From: Eukaryota sp. GEM-RC1
Taxonomy: Eukaryota
Direction: 5' to 3'
Assembly: GCA_040285855.1 (NCBI GenBank)
Contig: JAUFOQ010000003.1
Coordinates: forward strand, 2,046,001-2,110,000
Length of the DNA: 64,000 nucleotides
Shown: positions 37,296-46,156 of the stretch, piece after piece
Position numbering within the stretch: position 1 is the first letter of the stretch
Layout: each line of letters starts with the position of its first letter
Made by a program: the position numbers and the translations under genes
The notes under the pieces: generated by a model
The model's database searches: none
Told to the model about the DNA's origin: nothing
The model's input: the letters and a program-made list of their open reading frames with translations, nothing else

Positions 37296-38464
37296 ATGAA
37301 CTTCGTCTTCAGCAATCCAACACAATACTCTCTTGGACCAATGGTTAAAGCCATTGGAAGTGAAATTCTTCTCGTAAGTTCTCAAAGGTGTTATTTCACT
37401 ATGGAGGAGGCTCCATTAAGAAAAACGGATGTTACACCGATGTTGTCAATTCCTTGAAGGATAATGCTATCGATTTCGTTGAAGTTGACGGTGTCCAGCC
37501 CAATCCTGAAATCGAAGTTGTCAGAACCGCCATCCAGGCTTATCGTGACAACCAATGCGATGCTATCCTGGCTGTCGGTGGCGGTTCAGTTATCGATTCT
37601 GCAAAAGCTGTTGCTGCTGGAGTCTGTTACGATGGAGACGTTTGGGACTTATTCGAGCAACAATTACCCTTCTCCACTGCTGCCCCTCTCTTTGTAGTCC
37701 TAACTCTTAGCGGGACCGGAAGTGAGATGAATCCAAACTGTGTTGTCAGTGATTCCAAGGCCCATAAGAAGTACCACATTGGAGGACCTCCTCTCTTTCC
37801 CATTGTATCCGTGGTGGATCCCAAGTACCAGTCTGAATCCCTGAGCTGGTGGCAAACTGTCAATGGTGCTATTGATGCCTTTATCCATCTCTGGGAAGCT
37901 TATGCCATGTACATCCCCTCGGGTAAACCCATTACCTCCATTAGATATGTCGAAGGTTTGATGTTGGCTGTCTTGGACTGTCTTGAAGCCCTCCATGTTG
38001 ATCAGAAAGATGCCGGAGCTAGAGCAGATCTGTGCTGGGCAACAACTCTTGCCTTGAATCTCTCCACAACAGTCTCTTTAAAGGGAGGTGATTGGGCCGT
38101 TCATTTCCTTGAACATGCTGTTGGTGCAGTGAATCCTGAAGTAAGTCACGGGGCTGGACTCGCTGTTATTCTTCCCTCCTACTGGAAGTTCCTTGTGGAA
38201 CATCGGGCTGAGCAACTCCCAATGTTGTTGAGATTGGCTAAGAACGTGTTTGGTGTAGAAACTGTTGAAGAGATGGTAGAGAAATGGCTTGCTTTGTTGA
38301 CTAAGTATGGACATCCTACAGTTCTTTCTGATCGTCTATTTGATTCAGTATCAGATGATTTACTTGAAGCTATTGCTGATGCTTATCATAAGAGAGAAGG
38401 TTTCTATGGTGGTTTTAATATCACGCGTGATGAATGTTTGGAAATTCTTAAAGATTGTAAATAG
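37296..38464 (+). CDS. Iron-containing (group III) NADPH-type butanol/alcohol dehydrogenase; one -1 indel at ~37366
   Basis: MNFVFSNPT N-terminus, YGGGSIKKNG, AVGGGSVIDSAK, TLSGTGSEMN, and metal ligands in DAFIH...HFLEH...HGAGL. Confidence 0.9.
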
Positions 38465-38524
38465 ATTTATTGGATTCTCATTTTTCAATTGTTTATTGTA
38501 AATGTTTTTAATTTATTCGATTTC

Positions 38525-39475
38525 GAAGAGCTTTTTTCAAAAATTGACATCTGTAAAAATGGTTTGTTCCGAAACTTCCCCTTTAGTTGTTTTTCAACAA
38601 GCCAAACAGGATAGTTACAAACATCAAATGATGGCTCTTTCACATATTAAACAGGTTGAGTATGAATTATGTCCTTTTGATGTATCAATCTAAGTCAGTC
38701 TAGGAAAAGGTGCATTGAATTTTTTCAACGATTTCGGAAAAATCGTAAAAACAAAACGGTGAACCAACGCTTTGATCATAATTTGCGGTTAAACTGTATA
38801 GTTTTCATTTTTTTAAAATAATTCCCCAAATCGTCTCCAAAGTTTTACTAGCAGCGAGTTCATATGAGGATAGAGATGGGTGTTATAATGATATTAAATT
38901 TTGGTTTAGATAATTGATGACATTTATTCACGAAAAATTTAGAAGAGATTCTCAATTTTATTTTGACTTCATCAACCAAAAAAGAACAAAAACGAAGAGT
39001 TTTTTTCAAAAATTGACATCTGTAAAAATGGTTTGTTCCGAAACTTCCCCTTTAGTTGTTTTTCAATAAGCCAAACAGGATAGTTACAAACATCAAATGA
39101 TGGCTCTTTCACATATTAAACAGGTTGAGTATGAATTATGTCCTTTTGATGTATCAATCTAAGTCAGTCTAGGAAAAGGTGCATTGAATTTTTTCAACGA
39201 TTTCGGAAAAATCGTAAAAACAAAACGGTGAACCAACGCTTTGATCATAATTTGCGGTTAAACTGTATAGTTTTCATTTTTTTAAAATAATTCCCCAAAT
39301 CGTCTCCAAAGTTTTACTAGCAGCGAGTTCATATGAGGATAGAGATGGGTGTTATAATGATATTAAATTTTGGTTTAGATAATTGATGACATTTATTCAC
39401 GAAAAATTTAGAAGAGATTCTGAATTTTATTTTGACTTCATCAACCAAAAAAGAACAAAAACGAAGAGTTTTTTC
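38525..39475 (+). repeat. Near-identical tandem duplication (period ~469 bp) containing a family A RLE 3' fragment
   Basis: 38525-38993 repeats at 38994-39462 with only a few substitutions. GAAGAG(C/T)TTTTT at each junction. ETSPL..QAKQDSYK..VEYELCPF. Confidence 0.9.
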
Positions 39476-39688
39476 TGAAAAATTAACCGTAAAACAAATA
39501 AACAAAACAAATGGCTAATTTGCTACATGAGTAGAACTGAAACAAATTCAAAATCGTATAACTTGAATCCGACAAAAAACTGTACACACTGTAAAATCAA
39601 GAAAAGCAATATAAATCAACAAAAAAACAAATAGAAATGGAATAATTACTTGAATACAAAAATACATTCAATGAAAAAACTATAAAAA

Positions 39689-41209
39689 CTATTTTTTCAT
39701 GGCACTAAGCCAATCAGGGACTGCCACCTCCCCTTCTTTTGGAACAAAATAATTCTTCCACAGATTCTTCAATTTCCCTACATCCCCAGTCTTATGAAAC
39801 AAGATACGATACTTGGGAAACTGATTGTGGATCCTCACCAGATCCTTTGTATCGGCGGGGACGTCGAAAACCACACAGAATTCAGAAGCTACATGGAGGT
39901 CAACAGCTAATTTAGTGGTAGAAACAAGGAACTGGGATTTAACGTCTTGTTGGAAAGACTTAACAGCATGCTGCTGAGCTCGAGCTTTCTTCCCAGACAA
40001 TTTTAAAACTTTAAAGCCTTTTGAATGAAGAATTCGATGGACCTTATCTACTGCAGCAAGTTCCTCACAAGTAATTAGAATCTTGTTCTCGCTCGCTATC
40101 CAGCTGTCCAATAAATCCATCAATTTCGCAATTTTATCATCTCTTGCATTGAAAACAGATTCCACAGAGATAAACTCAACAGCTTTCTCCAACCTCTTCC
40201 CGCAAGCAATTGAAATGAACCCTTCAGCAGCGATAGGAAACTCTCTGAGCACGTTATATGATTCCTCAACAGATGAATAATCATCGACAACAATGACAGA
40301 CAAGTACGACAATGCATCGTGCTTTTTTGACTCTTTGATTGGCTCAATGATTGAGCGCGTGATTCTATCAACAGCGTTCAAAGTGACTCCCTGTGGAAGT
40401 TCATGATGAATTTTGGCGTGCTCACCGAATTTGTTCTTGTAATATAGAGTTTTGATTGAAGTAAAATCATGAATGACAATATATTTCACATCAAAAAGAT
40501 TCTAGGATGTAATTCTAGTAAAGATGCCAGAGAATCCATAGAAGCAATCACGATATCAGATTTGACATGAGGGTCAACAATCGGTTTGACTTCTGCAGAA
40601 AAATGACGTCTCTGGTCAATTGCAACAACATGACAATCAACAGTTAAACATATGGGTGATATCTCCGCAGCAAGTTTAAGAGAAGAAGCAGAAGAAGTAC
40701 AGATAATAAGAGCAGAAGGTTTAAATTGAAGAGGACGTTTAAGATTAATTTCATGTAGAAGGGGGGATGAGATAAGCAAAAGTCTTTCCCTGTGACGGTG
40801 AAGCAACAAGATGGTAGACGTCTTGATATCCAGATAGTAAATAGGGCCATACAGCAGCCTGAAAAGGTTTTGGAGAAGACAGTATCTCTTCAATTTGAGC
40901 AGATACGTGTTTCTCGAGAAGAGAAGCATGGAAAACGATGGGAGCGTAAGGGGGAATGAGTGGAGAAAGTGGGAAACAGTTTTGGACGATATCGACTTGG
41001 GTTACAGAGATCGAATGTTGATCGAAAAACTCAGTAGCTTCAGTTGGTGATAGTTCAATTGGAGGAATATAAGTCCATTCATGACGATCTTGAAGAGATC
41101 TGTAGGCAAACCCAGTAAGAAGTGATTTGTCTGAATCAGACTGAGAAGACAGTGCAGGTCCAGTAGGTATGTGGTGGAGTTGTTGGAGTTGATCTTCAAG
41201 AGAATCCAT
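39689..41209 (-). CDS. Degenerate DEAD-box helicase-like protein; indels at ~40763 and ~40495
   Basis: Q-motif PKPFQAAVWP, motif I SPSQGKT.AYLIP and two RecA-like domains, but motif II reads VIHDF and motif VI is unrecognisable. Confidence 0.7.
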
Positions 41210-41262
41210 TATATAGTAGAGATTTCTACTGAAAATCTTCTCAACTTCTTTGTCGTCTACAA

Positions 41263-41803
41263 ATGAGTACTGCAGCTCAACCCTACCATGAATGTATCCG
41301 CAGCACGTACGTTCTCTTCTTCTCTCTTTTCTCACATCAGTCTCACTGCTGTTCTTTGTCTCCGCAATTTTCCTTCCATAGAAACTGAACGTCACAATTA
41401 TCCAGAGGTTGAAGTTGGTACCCACAAGTTTCTGCTCTTAAAACCAATAACAATCGCTAGATCTCCTAGTGAAAAAGTATTCATTGAACCTTCTATTAAC
41501 TCTGTTCGAATCTCGCTGAAGATCAAACAGTCTGATGATATTGATCGTCTTATTGTACAGAAACTTGCACATTTCCTAATGCAGCGGGCAGCAGATCTTC
41601 CAATTCTCAGAAGGAAGGCGTGCGATGGTTATGACTTGTCCTTTTTAATTACGAATCAACAAACAGAATTGTTGATGAAACACAAGCTTGTTGATTTTAT
41701 TGTTGATTTTTTGAAAGATGTGGATGCAGAAGTCTCTCATTTGAAATTGGATGTCAATAAGAGAGCACGACAAGTTGCTAATCTATATTACTCACTGTTT
41801 TAA
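41263..41803 (+). CDS. ARPC4: Arp2/3 complex subunit 4; exons 41263-41306 and 41341-41803
   Basis: Spliced product MSTAAQPYHECIRSTLTAVLCLRNFPS..ERHNYPEVE...IEPSINSVRIS...GYDLSFLITN...VNKRAR. Confidence 0.95.
41307..41340 (+). other. Spliceosomal intron, 34 nt
   Basis: GTACGT...CTCACATCAG; removal restores the conserved ARPC4 N-terminus. Confidence 0.9.
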
Positions 41804-42073
41804 TTCTATTGTGTTAATTTATTATGTCTATAAAAATCTATCGGGAGAAGATTACATTTAATGATTGTATTTAAGTTATATAACATTTTGTTGTGTATTT
41901 TACTTCTGTGCTACACATCCCTGTGGGCAACTTTATTCGGTACCCAAAAGGTCACTGTCCAAATGAATCAAATGTACAGTAATATGAACAATTTTTCTTC
42001 TAGTAGTGCATTAATAACATGTGTTTCTTCAAAAAAATAATGAACATGAAATTGATACTACACTGTACTAGTG

Positions 42074-42172
42074 CAGTCTACTCGGACATAGTGCGCTCAT
42101 TTTGGTACGCACTATATTCAGGGCGCACTATATAAAGTAGCGCACTACATGTACAGTGTATCCAGGGTAGTC
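42074..42172. mobile_element. Degenerate Tc1/pogo-like miniature element directly upstream of the XOR gene
   Basis: Left end CAGTCTACTCGGACATAGTGCGC. Three (G)CGCACTA repeats in the opposite orientation. Right end degenerate. Shares CAGTCTAC with 60884-60931. Confidence 0.45.
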
Positions 42173-42197
42173 CTAATTGACCAATTTTTTTTGAACC

Positions 42198-45100
42198 ATG
42201 GTAACTCTCTCTTCTGTCATCTTTTTTGTCAATGGCCAACGCCATGAAGTCGAATCTCCTCGACATGACATGACTCTTGTTGATTATTTACGTTCAGATG
42301 AAGTGGGACTCAAAGGAACTAAAGTTGCTTCTGGAGAAGGTGCAACGGGAGCCTCCACTGTACTTGTTTCACGCTACGATTTTGGTCAGAAGAAGGTTAT
42401 ATCTAGAGCCATTCTCTCCAGTATGATCCCCCTCTTCACTATCCACCATTCCTCCATTATCACCATTGAAGGCCTCGGTTCTTATGCTCGCAAAACCATG
42501 CACGAACTACAACAATCTGTCATTGAAACTGGTGCCACCCAGTGTGGATACTGTAGTCCAGGAATCATTATGAATCTCTATGCCGTTCTCAAGGAAGAAC
42601 CCATTGACAAATCCACCCCTCCTAAGACCCTTGTTGACGTAGAAGACGCCCTTCTCTCCAATCTCTGTAGATGTACAGGATACCGTGCTCTCTATGACGC
42701 TGTTGAACCCTTTGTTTCTGCCGGCAAAGCTCCCTGTGATCGTGTTGTTAAAATGGTTAAGAACGTTGAACCCCACTTCCCTGAACCTCTTCTTGCTCCT
42801 TTCCCCGATGTTATCACCCCCACCTTCGCCATCACTCACTCTGCTGCCACTGCTATTAAGTTAGTTAAAGAGGGTTACTCTCCAATTGCTGGTAACAATG
42901 AATGTCAGCTTGATGCTCTCTCCATTATAACTGAACCTGAAGTTCTCAAAAGTTTACCCAAAAAGGTCGTTCATATTGGTCACGTTTCTGATTGGCGATC
43001 AATTCAGATAGGTGACGTTGTTGATGATCACCAACTTCTCAAGATTGGTGCCTCCGTTACCATCACCGAGTTCCAAGAATCCCTAGCTTCCTTTGCTAGA
43101 GATTCTAAGTACCCATCTATACAACGCCTTGCTTCAAACATTGTTGATCATTTACATGACTTTGGTACCATTCAAGTACGTAATTCTGCAACAATTGGAG
43201 GTCATGTCAAGACTTTCTCCCGTTATTCTGATCTGACACCAGTCTTTGCTGCTTTAAACACTAGAGTTGTTATTGTGGATACAGAAGGAAATACTAGAAC
43301 TGTTTCTATTAACTCAATGGAAGTCCAATCAGGAGAGTTAATAACTGGTATCGAGATTGATATGCCAATCACCGATGCTACCTTCTTTACCTGTTTGAAG
43401 GTTGCCAAGAGACGTGTTAATGCGATGTGTGCCGTCACTCTTGCCGTTTTTATTCAAAATGATGACGTCAGAGTATCAATCACTAATCTGACGGACCATC
43501 TCATCACTCAATCAATCAAAATTGACCAGTTCACTGTTGATTACTTTGCCGATCTCTTTAAATCATATAAAATCAATGACAACATTCAAGGTAAAGCCTC
43601 CTACCGAAAAGCCGTCACTTTGTCTGTCCTTGGCCAGTTCATCTCCCAATACTCTGCCTTCTCTCCTCTCTCTAACGACAACCAACGAGTAGTTGCTGCT
43701 AGAGGAATGGGTGTGTCAAAGCCATTAACTTCAACTAGATCATTTGAATCATTACCAAAGAGAAAGGAAACTGATGTCGTTAACCAATCAATCATTCCCC
43801 CTGATTACTCTCTTGTTGCCACTGGTGAAGCTCGATTCACTCAGGACTATTCAATGACCAAAGATACCTATCACGCGGCCTTTGTAGTATCAAAATACGC
43901 TAGAGCCAAGATTCTGTCTGTCTCTGACACTAAAGCTAAGGCTTCCCTAGGTGATCAGTATATTACCATTGTTTCTACTGAAGATATTCCAGGACAAGAT
44001 CTACTTACTGGAATTGTGTTCGATACATTAACCTTTGCTCAAGGAGAAGTTCATTATGCTGGTCAACCCATTGCTGTAGTTGTAGCTAAAACCATTGAGT
44101 CAGCTAGAGAAGCAGCTGCATTGGTTGAAGTTGAGTATGAAGTTCTCCCAGCCCTATTAACAGTTGAAGAAGCTTATGAAGCTAAGTCATTCCACCCTAA
44201 CATTGTGTCTAAAGTCCTTACTCGAGGAAACATTGATGAATTATTAGAGCAAGCTAAACAAGACGACGATTCAGTCTATGTTGAAGGCTCAATCAAAATC
44301 GGTGGTCAAGAGCAATATTACATGGAACCTCAAGTAACCATTGCGTCCCCAGGAGAACCTCTCTTCACTGTCTATTCTTCTACTCAGAATGTTGCCAAGG
44401 TTCAGGCTGACGTGGCCAAGGTCTTAGGAATCCCAATGCATAGAATCATGGTCAAAGTTCATCGTTTAGGAGGAGGTTTTGGAGGAAAACAGGATCGACC
44501 TAGTTTCATTGCTTGTGCTGCTGCAGTTGCTGCTCACAAGGTTAACCGTCCTGTCAGACTCTCTTTAGATCGTAGAATAGACATTGCTATCACTGGTGGT
44601 CGCCATCCTCTCACTCTCTTCTACAAGGCTGCTTGCACTAAAAGCGGAGAGATTCTTGGGGCTGATATCAAGTTCTTAATGAACTGTGGTTGGGTTCATG
44701 ATGTGTCTGGACCAGTCATGGAGAAATGTGTCATGCAGATGGAGAGTGTGTATAAGTGGAAGGCCTGGAGGACTGAAGGTGTTGGTTGTAAGACGAATAT
44801 GGTCACAAACACTGCTTTCAGAGGATTTGGAAGTCCCCAAGCTAATATTTCCACTGAAACTGTCGTTACTCATTTAGCTAACGCTATTGGAATGGACCAA
44901 ACTGAGTTCAGAAACAAGAATTTACTATCCGATGGTTATAAGACAGTCATGGGCTGCTACGTTGACCAAGCTGTGATTGACAAGGAAACCTGTCCTTTAC
45001 TAGACATGTGGCCAAAGATGCTCGAGAATACAGAGATTAAGAAGAGACGAGAAGCTGTGAATGCCTTCAACAAGGTGAACTCTAGATTTAAAAAGGGAAT

Positions 45101-46088
45101 CTCTCTAATTCCTCAAAAGAATGCCACTTGTTTCGAAGTAGACTTTATGAACAAGGGAGCTGCTTTGGTTAACGTCTACCACGATGGTTCTGTAATGTTA
45201 GCTCATTCAGGAGTTGAAATGGGACAACAGATTCATACCAAGTGCGCTCAGTTAGTCTCAACTGAACTTGATATTCCTTTTGAATTGGTTCATGTTGTTG
45301 AGACCTCTACCGACCGTAACCCTAATACTATGCCTACATCTGCTTCTTCTGGCTTTGACGTTGCTGGTGGGGCTATCATTAAGGCCTGTAAAATGATCAA
45401 GGAACGCCTAGCTCCTCTTAAGAAGGAATCTCCTGAAGTTAGTTGGAAAGAGCTTTGTTTCAAGGCCTATTTCAAGAGAATTGACCTTCGAGCTGCTACT
45501 CAATTTGAATTACCAGAGTTAGAATGGTCTTGGGATAGGTACAAAACTGGATCTTTCCCTGAGACTGCGATTGGTGCTGGAACTGCTGGTTTCTACTACT
45601 GCTATGGTATCTCTTGCACTGAAGTTACTGTTGACACTGTTACTGGTGAGTGGTGTATTGATAGAGCTGATGTTGTTCAAGATGTTGGTCGTAGTATGAA
45701 TCCTTTCATTGACATTGGACAAGTTGAAGGAGCTTTCGTGCAAGGATTGGGGTATGTTACTAGTGAAGAAATCAAGTTTAACGATCAAGGTTTCATCATT
45801 AATGCTCCAGGTGACTATCTTCTACCAACAGTTAATGAAATTCCAAGAGAATGGCATGTTGAATTAGTCCCTCAAGCTCCTAACGAAATGAATGTTGCCG
45901 GTTCAAAGGCTCCTAGTGAAGGTCCGTTGAACAATGCCAGCTCTGTAATGTTTGCTTTGTTTGATGCTGTGAATGCTGCTAGAGTTGCGGTTGGAAACAA
46001 ACCTTTGGCAACTATTCCACAGTCTCCGTTTACCACTGAAGTGATTAAGATGAATATTGAAGATGATTATGTGAAGAGGATGTTATAA
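42198..46088 (+). CDS. Xanthine dehydrogenase / aldehyde oxidase family molybdo-flavoenzyme (single-chain eukaryotic architecture)
   Basis: Uninterrupted 1296 aa ORF: QCGYCSPG, NLCRCTGYR, QVRNSATIGG, RLGGGFGGK, TAFRGFGSPQ, GVEMGQ, DIGQVEGAFVQGLG, SKAPSE. Confidence 0.95.
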   Translation: MVTLSSVIFFVNGQRHEVESPRHDMTLVDYLRSDEVGLKGTKVASGEGATGASTVLVSRYDFGQKKVISRAILSSMIPLFTIHHSSIITIEGLGSYARKTMHELQQSVIETGATQCGYCSPGIIMNLYAVLKEEPIDKSTPPKTLVDVEDALLSNLCRCTGYRALYDAVEPFVSAGKAPCDRVVKMVKNVEPHFPEPLLAPFPDVITPTFAITHSAATAIKLVKEGYSPIAGNNECQLDALSIITEPEVLKSLPKKVVHIGHVSDWRSIQIGDVVDDHQLLKIGASVTITEFQESLASFARDSKYPSIQRLASNIVDHLHDFGTIQVRNSATIGGHVKTFSRYSDLTPVFAALNTRVVIVDTEGNTRTVSINSMEVQSGELITGIEIDMPITDATFFTCLKVAKRRVNAMCAVTLAVFIQNDDVRVSITNLTDHLITQSIKIDQFTVDYFADLFKSYKINDNIQGKASYRKAVTLSVLGQFISQYSAFSPLSNDNQRVVAARGMGVSKPLTSTRSFESLPKRKETDVVNQSIIPPDYSLVATGEARFTQDYSMTKDTYHAAFVVSKYARAKILSVSDTKAKASLGDQYITIVSTEDIPGQDLLTGIVFDTLTFAQGEVHYAGQPIAVVVAKTIESAREAAALVEVEYEVLPALLTVEEAYEAKSFHPNIVSKVLTRGNIDELLEQAKQDDDSVYVEGSIKIGGQEQYYMEPQVTIASPGEPLFTVYSSTQNVAKVQADVAKVLGIPMHRIMVKVHRLGGGFGGKQDRPSFIACAAAVAAHKVNRPVRLSLDRRIDIAITGGRHPLTLFYKAACTKSGEILGADIKFLMNCGWVHDVSGPVMEKCVMQMESVYKWKAWRTEGVGCKTNMVTNTAFRGFGSPQANISTETVVTHLANAIGMDQTEFRNKNLLSDGYKTVMGCYVDQAVIDKETCPLLDMWPKMLENTEIKKRREAVNAFNKVNSRFKKGISLIPQKNATCFEVDFMNKGAALVNVYHDGSVMLAHSGVEMGQQIHTKCAQLVSTELDIPFELVHVVETSTDRNPNTMPTSASSGFDVAGGAIIKACKMIKERLAPLKKESPEVSWKELCFKAYFKRIDLRAATQFELPELEWSWDRYKTGSFPETAIGAGTAGFYYCYGISCTEVTVDTVTGEWCIDRADVVQDVGRSMNPFIDIGQVEGAFVQGLGYVTSEEIKFNDQGFIINAPGDYLLPTVNEIPREWHVELVPQAPNEMNVAGSKAPSEGPLNNASSVMFALFDAVNAARVAVGNKPLATIPQSPFTTEVIKMNIEDDYVKRML

Positions 46089-46156
46089 ATGAATTGTTGT
46101 TATAGATTATTATAAATATTTAGTTTCGTGTTAAAATGTACTTACAAGGGAAAATA

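Noticed and set aside
37374..37387. Apparent 14-nt intron GTAAGTTCTCAAAG that would restore the Fe-ADH frame
   Set aside because: Adding one T instead gives IGSEISSRKFSKVLFHY, which keeps the spacing I recall for bacterial homologs, whereas splicing would delete part of it. It also lacks the branch word plus 5 nt pattern of the six good introns.
34340..41955. Shared 16-mer TCGGTACCCAAAAGGT at ~34340 and ~41937
   Set aside because: Flanks do not extend convincingly. Possibly an old repeat, but not definable from this window.
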